Virus record (IMG/VR): IMGVR_UViG_3300028145_000044
Span: 1-46,311 of that record
Strand: one strand, 5' to 3'
Source: a virus
Taxonomy: Duplodnaviria > Caudoviricetes
DNA: 46,311 nt
In this document: positions 35,901 through 43,904 of the stretch, one piece after another
Numbering within the stretch: the first letter of the stretch is position 1
How the letters are laid out: every line of letters starts with the position of its first letter
Notes under the pieces: model-generated
Told to the model about the DNA's origin: nothing
The model's database searches: none
The model's input: only the letters and a program-made list of their open reading frames with translations
Translations under genes and position numbers: made by a program

Positions 35901-36595
35901 AGCCGGGCAAGGGCGACCGCATCAGGATCGGCTATGCCAAGGACGGCACCGCGATCTATGCGCGCAACCCCGCCGGCAAGATCGGCGACGAGTTCGCCGG
36001 CTACATGACCGGGCCGCTCGACATGATGCGGCGCAAGCTCGGCACCATCGCGCGGCCGGCGTGGCAGATCATGAGCAACGACGCAGGGTTCGGCCGCAAG
36101 GTCTATGATCCCGATGCCGACACGCCCGCCCGCTACCTCGCCAATCTCGGCCGGATCGCCCGCCACATCGCCGGCTCACAGCTGCCCGAGGGGCAGATGG
36201 GCGCGGTCCGCGATCTCGTCACCGGCCAAGGCGACGCCAAGGTCAACGCGCTGCAGGCCCTTGGCCCCTTCGCTGGCGTGACGTTCTCCAAGGGCGCGCC
36301 GGGAGGCCCGGCCGTCGGCGAGATGTATGCGAACAAGGCGCAGTTCGAGTTCAGGGTGCAGCAGGCCATGCCCGACGTTCGGCGCCAGATCCAGCGCGGC
36401 GATATCGCCGGCGCGCAGCAGAAGATGACCGAGGTCGGAATGGACCCGTCCTATCAGCGCTGGGTGGTCAAGACGACGCTCAATCCGGCAACCCGGATCG
36501 GCACCAAGGCACTGCAGGACTTCTATCGCACCGCCTCGCCGGAGGCGCGGGCGCGGTTCGCGCGCGACAGGACGCCGATGCCGACCGAGCCCTGA
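32942..36595 (+). CDS. Large internal virion (ejection) protein
   Basis: About 1217 aa, ATGA overlap, last core gene of the tail module; helical C-terminal domain. Confidence 0.8.
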   Translation: MTELSDAEVFGPQKEMSDDQVFGDRMPDALQTTVPEAFLDRVRAGQALTRITQAAIKEGKEGMGQATPTGLEDETLNHLVDMGVFHDPASGRGGPIQTLNEAVLMPTAQLWQAITRATSGAIHGAGGAMGQVVEEFGGSQGMANRAKNEVINAGNWAMIEGGMGRFSRPAATPAGVADQPIGGLPRPEDFATAGKVMESPHAEANLKRMWSEDGIHPAEAVHDAQADAFIKNEITAAREEVKLPLAEEELLTETGGKPGDLGAAATDPPDVSPAVQPLRPPGRLAAALQSAGETLLDIGRDAQMLTAPMATGTRDSMAMAKDFASSLRRNRWDWSRTDKDIADRFTPEQRARMWTAADEESMSLQLGEPAHMREHQGLATLAPEERAAVVELQTRAQNAWVRARDAGMVEGEGLPAYTPRMIINTVGTGAKETVTALDGKGYNLKTRTGNMLKRKYMEAQDTEAAAKAKYGDQAMLARDIRVLPLAVSQLEDAIAGRTLINNIREYGKQTGTDTVSEGAIPAGGDVKWFTLDHPSFRTWRPKIGEDAEGNRVALKDGNDNMIFEQVPLYVHGDFEGPLRAVLSQKSGPLYGAAMALKGKTMSLIMNSPMIHNAVEWGRALPAMPGKVVTFKVYFEGNRAKNNVPLMHEAIDAGLVPIGHRFFNQDITSVMESPDLTPGRSWTAKVLGFVPGLFDEGAGTAVKTAIDKAGDFWHNKLLWDRVADLQMGLYVNFRADAIAHGIDPQTSARMAAHWANRYAGALPKEAMSDGATKVANMLLFSRSFTMGNLGVLKDVFTGLPKDVIAQIERDAGFGKGSIDAAPEYTVAFRKPTGEVISGKKGEIHTDLAERKGLDIFADVSSGEHLEDGFSDKGGNFFSRQEMADKKLPETGEDLRDIMTTKDAVKYAKSMARRKAMSVVALDMGLMYVGNSLLQNAMNVMWGDSSLDKEMHGYAERFANKMQAVKEHPLELIQPLKLLGDLSSTSENEPGKGDRIRIGYAKDGTAIYARNPAGKIGDEFAGYMTGPLDMMRRKLGTIARPAWQIMSNDAGFGRKVYDPDADTPARYLANLGRIARHIAGSQLPEGQMGAVRDLVTGQGDAKVNALQALGPFAGVTFSKGAPGGPAVGEMYANKAQFEFRVQQAMPDVRRQIQRGDIAGAQQKMTEVGMDPSYQRWVVKTTLNPATRIGTKALQDFYRTASPEARARFARDRTPMPTEP

Positions 36596-36597
36596 AG

Positions 36598-36638
36598 GTG
36601 CGTTGCTGGGGGCCTGCCTGATCCGCAGGTTTCCGGCA
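36598..36638 (+). promoter_or_regulatory. Late-type promoter 6 (leaderless)
   Basis: GTGCGTTG at -40 and CAGGTT at -12 relative to ATG 36638. Confidence 0.75.
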
Positions 36639-38206
36639 TGAAAAACATCCTCCGCCTGTGCGCCGCCATCCTCTGCCTGCAGCCGGCGTTGGCCGCCGCC
36701 CAATCCGCCCCGGCGGTCCTTCCCTATCATACCGTCTATGGGCGCCTCGGCGCGGCCCCGGGCGACAGCGGACCCGGCCAGGCCATCCCGTTCGCGACCC
36801 TGCTGAACCAACTGGCCTCGCCGTTGCAGGTTGTGAACGGCGGCACGGGACTCACCGCAGCCAGCGGAACGTCGCTGCCGCTGTGGTCGACCGGCGCCAC
36901 GGCCGGGCCGCTGGCCTTCCGCGCCATCGTCGGGACTGACTTACCGAACCCGTCGACCACGACGCTCGGCGCCATCTTCTCCGCGCCGGTGTCGTCGAAC
37001 AGCGTCCTGTCAGGCATCGGCAATGACGGACAACCGACATTCGCCACGACCACTGGCACGGGCAATGTCGTGCGCGCCACCGGTCCGACGATCTCCACGC
37101 CTAATTTCACAGGCGCTTTGACAGTCACTGCGACCAGCGTAAATGCGCTGGCCGTCGGGCAAAATGGAACGACGACCCCCGCGCTCTCGGTGAATGATCT
37201 CACCGCCAGCAGCATTACCGGGATCAACGTTACGAGCAATTCTGCCGGCAACGGCGTGGACATTTTTGCCATCGGCGAAACCAACGTCCCGTTGCGGATC
37301 AATGCGGCTGGGACCGGTACCATCAGCCTGGGCAACCTCAGCTCGGGCGCGATCGTACTCTACAACAATTCGTTCATTCTGAACGACAGTAGTCCGACGC
37401 TCACCCTGGGCCAGGCTGGTGGGTCACTTGCCCATCTCACTACGCCCGGCACGGCTGGAATGGCGTTCACGACCAACAGCAACGCCGATCAGGTCAAGGT
37501 TGTTCATACCGCATCGGCGAACCGTCAGGTCACGCTGACCGGGAGCAACGGCGGCAATCCCACGATAGCAACGACTGCGGGAAATCTCGCCATCACTCCG
37601 GCCGTGGTTGGGGCGGCCGCTATCGATGGCACAATGGCGGCGACATCCATCAAGTGCAATACGACTGGCGGTGTGGCGATCTCGACCGATTGCACGGGTG
37701 CGCAGGTTCGTACCTTGACGCAGCAAGGCATGGTTCTGATTGAAGTACTGACGGCAAGCAACTCAGCAACTCTCACAACGAGCGCCTTCACGGCATCTTT
37801 TGACGATTACATGCTCGTTTGTGACAACATCGTTCCCGTCACGGACAACGTCAATTTCAATACCACCGTGGAAAGCGGGGGGACATTTCAATCAACTACG
37901 TATCTAAATACATCTGCTGTGACTACAGCAATTGATCTCACGACAGCAAGCACTCTGTCTAACATAGCTGGCAAGGGGTACAGCTCTGTCATAACCGTTC
38001 ACAATGTCAATTCCACGAGCGTGAACAAGTACGTTGACGGTTTGGGAAAATGGCTCTCTTCGGGCGGCACCGTAATTGCGAACGGAATCGCCGGCGGGTT
38101 TTGGAACGGAGGACAGGGAGCGGTCACTCGCATGCGCTTCCAGATGTCGTCTGGCAATATTTCGACGGGATCAATTAAAGTTTTTGGATACAGGGTGGCT
38201 CCATGA
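36638..38206 (+). CDS. Tail-fibre-like protein with apparent signal peptide
   Basis: V.NGGTG, TGTGNVVRATGPT fibre motifs; C-terminal RF.MSSGNISTGSIKVFG; N-terminus MKNILRLCAAILCLQPALAAAQ. Confidence 0.75.
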   Translation: MKNILRLCAAILCLQPALAAAQSAPAVLPYHTVYGRLGAAPGDSGPGQAIPFATLLNQLASPLQVVNGGTGLTAASGTSLPLWSTGATAGPLAFRAIVGTDLPNPSTTTLGAIFSAPVSSNSVLSGIGNDGQPTFATTTGTGNVVRATGPTISTPNFTGALTVTATSVNALAVGQNGTTTPALSVNDLTASSITGINVTSNSAGNGVDIFAIGETNVPLRINAAGTGTISLGNLSSGAIVLYNNSFILNDSSPTLTLGQAGGSLAHLTTPGTAGMAFTTNSNADQVKVVHTASANRQVTLTGSNGGNPTIATTAGNLAITPAVVGAAAIDGTMAATSIKCNTTGGVAISTDCTGAQVRTLTQQGMVLIEVLTASNSATLTTSAFTASFDDYMLVCDNIVPVTDNVNFNTTVESGGTFQSTTYLNTSAVTTAIDLTTASTLSNIAGKGYSSVITVHNVNSTSVNKYVDGLGKWLSSGGTVIANGIAGGFWNGGQGAVTRMRFQMSSGNISTGSIKVFGYRVAP

Positions 38207-39393
38207 CCACCATGATGCGTTTGCTGATTGCGTGCTGCTTTGCGCTGTTCTGCGCATCTTCCGTGGCTCAAGTCGCAACAGTTCCTGCCTCAACTGTCTA
38301 TACTTCGGTTTATGGTGGCAACCAGCCAGGGTCGTATGTCGGGGTTGACTGTTGCGGCGAAAACCCGGTTGGCAAGGCACCATGCGGGTTCACGCCAGAT
38401 GCGGATACCCTGATCCTTTTGATGGTCGGGCAAAGCTTACTTGGCAACAATGTCAACGGGACATCGACGCCAACGCATACCGCGCAAATCTGCAACTACG
38501 ATCCTTATGATGGCAAGCTCTATGCGGATGGTCCTCGCCTGCTCGGTCCCCTGAACGATGCCGGCGAATCCTCGATTATCGCATCGATCTCAGGAACCAC
38601 AGTTACCGTCTATTCGACGACCAGCAATCTTTCGGTAGGCGAAACGCTGATGGGGGCCGGAGTCACGACCAGCACCATCACGGCATTTGGAACGGGAACG
38701 GGTGGGACCGGGACTTACACCATCAGCACGTCACAGACGGTCAGCCCGAAAAACATGACGGTCGGGGTATGTCTCAACCCTGATGCGACGCAGTGCCGTG
38801 ACAACGTGGCCCGATTCGTAGCAGAAAGGATCTGGGCGCAATATCCGACGATCCATTTCAACAAGATCGTTCTCGTACCGATCTCGTTCGGCGGGTCGCT
38901 GGCGGCGCCATGGGGCACTGGCGGCGTGTTGGCTCCGCATCTCGCGGGTGTCATTGCCAGCATGATCGCGCATGGTCTGACGCCAAATGCGGTCAATTGG
39001 GGACAGGGGGAAAGCGACTGCCAGATCGGCACCACACAGACGGATTATTTCAACGCGGTGACTGCCGTCATCGCCAATGCGCGGGCTGCTGGGCTTCCAT
39101 CAACCGTACCGTGGATTATCACGCTCGAAACGGGCTATATGATCAGCGGAGGATCGCCCACGTTCTGCCCCGCGGTGCGCGCGGCCCAGCTCGCGTTGGT
39201 TGACCCCAGCAACTATATATTTAACGGAGCTGATTTCGACACGAATATTCCGTTCAACATCGATTGCCGCTTGCTCCCTTCCTCGCACCTAACTGGAGGA
39301 TCTGGCGTCTGTGGTGGTGGAATTGCAGGCGGCGGGGCGGCATGGGCCGGCAATCTGATCGCCCGCAAACTTCATGCCTCTGGAGCTTTCTAA
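38203..39393 (+). CDS. SASA-type (sialate O-acetylesterase-like) SGNH esterase with apparent signal peptide
   Basis: MVGQS, GGS, WGQGESD, VRAAQ, C-terminal H; hydrophobic N-terminus ending SVA-Q. Confidence 0.75.
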   Translation: MTTMMRLLIACCFALFCASSVAQVATVPASTVYTSVYGGNQPGSYVGVDCCGENPVGKAPCGFTPDADTLILLMVGQSLLGNNVNGTSTPTHTAQICNYDPYDGKLYADGPRLLGPLNDAGESSIIASISGTTVTVYSTTSNLSVGETLMGAGVTTSTITAFGTGTGGTGTYTISTSQTVSPKNMTVGVCLNPDATQCRDNVARFVAERIWAQYPTIHFNKIVLVPISFGGSLAAPWGTGGVLAPHLAGVIASMIAHGLTPNAVNWGQGESDCQIGTTQTDYFNAVTAVIANARAAGLPSTVPWIITLETGYMISGGSPTFCPAVRAAQLALVDPSNYIFNGADFDTNIPFNIDCRLLPSSHLTGGSGVCGGGIAGGGAAWAGNLIARKLHASGAF

Positions 39394-41142
39394 ATGAACA
39401 AAATCGCATCGGCCATGCTTATGCTACTTCTGTCGGTTGGCGCGGCATCTTCCGGCCCGCTCTACCCGGCCGACATCTCGCCACAGCCGATGTTCGCTTA
39501 TGGGACCGTCAAGCTGCGGTCGACCTATGCCAGCACCGCGATGACGGCTTGCAAGACGTCATGCACGGTGAGCCAAAGCATCGGCTTTGTCGCAGATAAG
39601 CTCGACACGACGACCTTGGATACGTTCCTGGCTGGCGCCGTCGGCCAAGTCTCCGCATGGAACGACCAGATGGGGACCGGGTTTTCCCTGCAGGGTACGG
39701 CGCTGGAATCTCCAAGCATTCAGAACCTGTCGATCGGCGGCGCTCGGTCGCTGATCTTTCAGGGCGGTTCGCAGTCTGGCGCGATCTACTGGCTGCAGAC
39801 GGCCAACATCTCTGCAAAAGCCATCGTCGGAAATACCTGGACGATCATGGCGGTGGTCGTGCCGTCATCATCGCAGTTTTACAATCAGGCCAGCGGGTTC
39901 TCGAGCGGAGCGCTGGCCAATCTCTATAAAGCGGACGGGACGTCGCTCGCGGCGGTGAACAATCAAAGCCAGGCAGGCGCGACGACCTCGGGGCCGGGCG
40001 CATGGCAGGTCACGGATAGCGGAGCATTTGACTTTCAGTCCCCCGGCTACATGGTCCCGGTCAATCCGCAGGTGCTCACCATCACGTCCGGCTCACACGG
40101 AACCCGCGTCTACGTGAATGAGCAAGTGCGATCAACCGCTGCGCGGTCGAGCCTCACTGATATCGTCGGGTTTTTGCGGATCGGCGCCTTGGCGACCTCC
40201 ACGCCTGGCGCGAATGGCCATTCGTTCGACGGTCAAATGACTGCTTTCATGCTCTGGAATTCCGAGCTGTCGGAGGCTCAGGCGGCGGTCGCGCGCGCAG
40301 CCCTTATGGCGCGCTTTTCGATCAATCCAAGCGTAACCAACTTCAACAGCTACATGGTTGCCATCCTCGGCGATTCGATCGCAGCCGGCTATGTGACGCT
40401 GGGGATCTTTGGTTACGACCAGTATTTGCCGGCGCTCCTCAATCACCCGACCACGACACGGATCGTCAACAACGCGATACCAGGGTCTACCATCTCCAAC
40501 AACCCGGCCGCCGTCGTGGCCTACGCTTCGACGCTCGGGCTCTTTCCGACAACTGTTCCGCTCCAGGTCCCGCAAAGCAAATTGGGGCGCGTGGTGGTCA
40601 TTCATGGCGGGGGCAATGATGCGCTGATCGGCCCCCCGCCACGCACGGCCAACACGCACTCCAACACCCTGATCGACAACATCGCCTCGACGGCTGATCT
40701 GAGCGTCGGAGATTTCGTCTACTCGCCCGGGCTATCCGTACTGTCGACAATTCAGAGCAAGACGGCGAATTCCATTACGATCGACCACGCCACCTCCACG
40801 ACCAGCGCGGTCAACCTGCTGTTCACGTTCGCGGGAAACAGCCCAACCGTCGTCTACAACGGCATCAAGTCGCTGGCGACGTCGTCCGTGGCATCAGGAT
40901 CGGGGGTTGTCGTCAGCACGGTCCTGCCTCGGGATACCACCTATCAGTCCTATGTGGCCGCCATCGACGCGCTGCTGACCGGAAGCGGCGTTCCAGGGGC
41001 GACTGTGGTGGATTGCGCGAGCTTCCCTGGGCTCAACACCAACCCCGGGCCCGATTATGCTGATGCGGTGCATCCGAACGCTCTCGGACATCAGCACATG
41101 GCGGCATGTCTGGCGCCGGCGATCAACGCGCTGATGCCCTGA
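39394..41142 (+). CDS. Lectin-like (ConA/LamG) domain plus SGNH/GDSL esterase with apparent signal peptide
   Basis: AYGT.KLRSTYA, VSAWNDQ, FDGQM...LWNSELS; LGDSI, GGND, DAVHP. Confidence 0.8.
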   Translation: MNKIASAMLMLLLSVGAASSGPLYPADISPQPMFAYGTVKLRSTYASTAMTACKTSCTVSQSIGFVADKLDTTTLDTFLAGAVGQVSAWNDQMGTGFSLQGTALESPSIQNLSIGGARSLIFQGGSQSGAIYWLQTANISAKAIVGNTWTIMAVVVPSSSQFYNQASGFSSGALANLYKADGTSLAAVNNQSQAGATTSGPGAWQVTDSGAFDFQSPGYMVPVNPQVLTITSGSHGTRVYVNEQVRSTAARSSLTDIVGFLRIGALATSTPGANGHSFDGQMTAFMLWNSELSEAQAAVARAALMARFSINPSVTNFNSYMVAILGDSIAAGYVTLGIFGYDQYLPALLNHPTTTRIVNNAIPGSTISNNPAAVVAYASTLGLFPTTVPLQVPQSKLGRVVVIHGGGNDALIGPPPRTANTHSNTLIDNIASTADLSVGDFVYSPGLSVLSTIQSKTANSITIDHATSTTSAVNLLFTFAGNSPTVVYNGIKSLATSSVASGSGVVVSTVLPRDTTYQSYVAAIDALLTGSGVPGATVVDCASFPGLNTNPGPDYADAVHPNALGHQHMAACLAPAINALMP

Positions 41143-41161
41143 CGGAGCCCGCCAGCTAGGC

Positions 41162-41203
41162 GTGCGTTGCTGCCCCGACGTGATGGAACGCATTGTTCCG
41201 TCA
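41162..41203 (+). promoter_or_regulatory. Late-type promoter 7 (lysis, leaderless)
   Basis: GTGCGTTG at -41 and CATTGT at -12 relative to ATG 41203. Confidence 0.75.
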
Positions 41204-41805
41204 TGAAAACCTCCGACAACGGCCGCGCCTTCATCGAGGCATTCGAGGGCAAATTCCTTCATACCTACGATGACGGGACCGGCGTCCTGACGATCGGCTA
41301 CGGCCATACCTCGGCCGCCGGGCCTCCGCACGTCTCCCGCGGACAGATCATCACCGAGGCGCAGTGCGACGCGATCCTGGCCGCCGATCTCGCCGCCGTG
41401 GAGCGCAACGTCGAACGCTGCATCAAGGTCCCGATGACGCAGGCCCAGTTCGACGCGCTGGTGTCCTTCGACTTCAATACGGGCTCGCTCGCGAAATCCT
41501 CGATCGACGACAAGATCAACGCGGGCAACGCGGCGGCGGCCATGAGCACGTTGCTGCAATACGACCATGCAGCCGGCCACCAAATGAACGGTCTTACGCG
41601 TCGCCGGAGGGCTGAGCGCCTGATGTTTTTTGGTCAGGTACAACAGGCCATGAACCTCGCTGGCGCACATGCCAGGACCGGGCTGAGCATGCCGCAGGCT
41701 CCGACGAGAGCGCCAGAAATTAGTTCCCATGCAGGCTCGCTTAGAGTGGCTGCGGGGAATGATCCGACGCCGAGCGGTATCTCGGCATTGAAGGAACAGA
41801 AATGA
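41203..41805 (+). CDS. Endolysin, GH24 lysozyme
   Basis: FEG.....YDD..GVLTIGYGHT (E-8-D-5-T), QFDALVSF.FN.G, GLTRRR.AE. Confidence 0.93.
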   Translation: MKTSDNGRAFIEAFEGKFLHTYDDGTGVLTIGYGHTSAAGPPHVSRGQIITEAQCDAILAADLAAVERNVERCIKVPMTQAQFDALVSFDFNTGSLAKSSIDDKINAGNAAAAMSTLLQYDHAAGHQMNGLTRRRRAERLMFFGQVQQAMNLAGAHARTGLSMPQAPTRAPEISSHAGSLRVAAGNDPTPSGISALKEQK

Positions 41806-42074
41806 CGAGCGAGCAGATTACTGGGATCATTCGCGCCATTCTTGCGGCTCTTGGCGGATTCGTTCTCGCAAAGGGCTGGGTGTCGAGCGAAACGTGGGCG
41901 TGGATAGTAGGTGGTGCAGCGACGATTGGACCGGCGATCTGGTCGTGGGTCTCGAATAGGCCTGCGGCGATCGCGGCATCCGCACAGGCTCTGCCCGGCG
42001 TCAATGTGCAGACCACTGCAGCGGCTGGACCCGCTGTGCAGACCGCCGTGGCCAACGCCAAGTCGGGCGGCTGA
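41802..42074 (+). CDS. Putative holin, two TM segments
   Basis: IIRAILAALGGFVLAKG...WSW; follows the endolysin. Confidence 0.7.
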   Translation: MTSEQITGIIRAILAALGGFVLAKGWVSSETWAWIVGGAATIGPAIWSWVSNRPAAIAASAQALPGVNVQTTAAAGPAVQTAVANAKSGG

Positions 42075-42301
42075 TGTTCACATGGGCCGAGATCGTTCTT
42101 CTCTTTCTCAAACTCGCCAACGCGATCATGGGGGCGGTGAACGATCAGAAGCAATTCCAGGCCGGGACGGATGCGGAGATCGCGAAGATTTCCGCAGCCA
42201 TCCTCGGGAAAACCCAAGCCGCCAAGGCCATAAGGGATCAAGTGAATGCGCTTACCGATGACGCTGTTGATGCTCAGCTCCGTGGCCTTGAGCCCAAGTA
42301 G
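42074..42301 (+). CDS. Putative i-spanin (Rz-like)
   Basis: N-terminal hydrophobic anchor plus helical domain; overlaps a lipoprotein-like gene. Confidence 0.6.
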   Translation: MFTWAEIVLLFLKLANAIMGAVNDQKQFQAGTDAEIAKISAAILGKTQAAKAIRDQVNALTDDAVDAQLRGLEPK

Positions 42302-42458
42302 CTGCACACCAGAGCAGATCGATTCATTCTGTCAGGTCTATGACAAGGTGATCGTGCAGAAGGGCGACGGCGCGATCTCGGCACCGGCTGGCGTAAAGCG
42401 GCGCCTGCTGGAGAACGAACTGACATATCGCAAATTATGCCCGCAGGTGGCGACATGA
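42258..42458 (+). CDS. Putative o-spanin (Rz1-like lipoprotein)
   Basis: Hydrophobic leader then SSC, DSFC..Y, terminal C; start may be 42246. Confidence 0.6.
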   Translation: MTLLMLSSVALSPSSCTPEQIDSFCQVYDKVIVQKGDGAISAPAGVKRRLLENELTYRKLCPQVAT

Positions 42459-42754
42459 GCGGAAGCCCTACCGGCCGCGGCTATGTGCAGGGCTCGGACT
42501 CCTACCGGGCGGATGACGTTGCTCGGGAGGAGCGAGAGCGGCAGAAGTTTACCGGGGTCGATGATCTCCACAAGGACCCGAACGATCCGAACTTCGGGGA
42601 CTACAATATTCCGCCGCGCGACGACAAGATGCGCAAGGCGCTGGAGATGGTCAGGGCCTATATGAAAGAGGAGGTCGACGAGATCGGTATCGATCTTCTG
42701 ACGCCGGAGAACCGAAAGATTTGGGACGCGGTTGAGGATGCGCTGAAATCATGA
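42455..42754 (+). CDS. Hypothetical protein
   Basis: ATGA overlaps. Confidence 0.65.
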   Translation: MSGSPTGRGYVQGSDSYRADDVAREERERQKFTGVDDLHKDPNDPNFGDYNIPPRDDKMRKALEMVRAYMKEEVDEIGIDLLTPENRKIWDAVEDALKS

Positions 42755-42864
42755 TCCGCTGGGACGCCACGCCATTCGAGCAGGCCAGCATCTGGAGCGG
42801 GTTCTTCGGCGCGATTGCGTTTGGCTACGGATACTTCGCCGTCATTGGGTTGGCGCGATGGTAG
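42751..42864 (+). CDS. 37-aa membrane peptide (not in ORF track)
   Basis: MIRWDATPFEQASIWSGFFGAIAFGYGYFAVIGLARW*. Confidence 0.5.
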   Translation: MIRWDATPFEQASIWSGFFGAIAFGYGYFAVIGLARW

Positions 42865-43142
42865 CAATCATCGCATGGATCGACCTACATGCTCAGGCGT
42901 TGACCTCCATGGGGTCTTTTGGTGCGATGATCGCCGCTCTGGGAAGCTGGTTTTGCACAGTCTGGGGAGATCGCCGGGCGGCGGCAAGGTCGCAGAAGAA
43001 CGCTGATGCGATTGCCGGAACGCACAGCGACGTTCAGGAAATCCGCATTTCCATCAATAGCCGGATGGATCAATTGATAGAGCAGAAGGGGATTGCCTCG
43101 AAGTCCGAGGGCGTGGCCGAAGAACGGGCGAGGGAGAAATGA
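42858..43142 (+). CDS. Single-TM coiled-coil protein
   Basis: TM segment then QEIRISINSRMDQL. Confidence 0.65.
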   Translation: MVAIIAWIDLHAQALTSMGSFGAMIAALGSWFCTVWGDRRAAARSQKNADAIAGTHSDVQEIRISINSRMDQLIEQKGIASKSEGVAEERAREK

Positions 43143-43621
43143 TTCTCCGCTTCGTCGAGCAACCGCCCGGGCTGTTCAAGCGCCTCATCGGGCTCGCTCA
43201 GTATGGATCAAAGCTCGGGCACGTCGACGCAGTAACCCCAGACGGAACCTATATCGGAGCGCATCTGCGAGGCGGAGTGCAGGAACTGAGGCCCGGATAC
43301 GACGCTGGCTTCAAGCGCGAACTGTTCGTCAATCTGAGGGCCCCTGCGGAACAGGATGCAGTGTTCTTCGCATTCCTGCGCAGTCATCTCGGAGAGCCGT
43401 ACGACCCGATCTCCGTTCTTTACTTCTGGGGTCCGTTTGCCAGCTTCAATTGGCACGACCCAGGTGCGTGGGAATGTGCCCAATTCATCGGCACGGCTCT
43501 CATCGCCTGTGGTTGGCTTCCCGTGAACAAGGAAGTCCCGGTGGGGCGCCTCACGCCGCGCGATCTGTATTGGCTCACAAGCACTTTGCAAGCGATGTTT
43601 GGCGGTGGGATAGATGGATGA
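43139..43621 (+). CDS. Permuted papain-like (NlpC/P60, YiiX/YebB-type) enzyme
   Basis: GHVD early His, LGEPYD, WEC late Cys, TPRDL. Confidence 0.75.
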   Translation: MILRFVEQPPGLFKRLIGLAQYGSKLGHVDAVTPDGTYIGAHLRGGVQELRPGYDAGFKRELFVNLRAPAEQDAVFFAFLRSHLGEPYDPISVLYFWGPFASFNWHDPGAWECAQFIGTALIACGWLPVNKEVPVGRLTPRDLYWLTSTLQAMFGGGIDG

Positions 43622-43904
43622 CCTGCTTGCCCTCTTCAATGTGCAGTGCATGGCTGCGGGGTCTCTCGGTGGCCTCGTACATGGCTGGCGGGACGAGAAA
43701 GCCACGGCATGGGACGTGGTAAAATACATCGTCTATGGGGCAATCGCCGCGAACTTTGTCGCACCACAATTGTTGAAGATGTTGGCGGTGTTCCCTATCG
43801 GATTCGTTGCCTTTGGCGTCGGGACAAGCGGAAAGCACATCTGCCTGCTTATCGAACTGGCTTTCAACAAAGTGGACGTACTCAGGAAAACAAAAAATGA
43901 GTGA
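43614..43904 (+). CDS. Multi-TM membrane protein (holin-like)
   Basis: AGSLGGLV, GAIAANF, AFGVG. Confidence 0.65.
   Translation: MDDLLALFNVQCMAAGSLGGLVHGWRDEKATAWDVVKYIVYGAIAANFVAPQLLKMLAVFPIGFVAFGVGTSGKHICLLIELAFNKVDVLRKTKNE

Noticed and set aside
36638-41142. Diversity-generating retroelement or invertible tail-fibre switch, as in BPP-1-like phages
   Set aside because: No reverse transcriptase or serine invertase ORF, and no TR/VR-like duplicated segment seen
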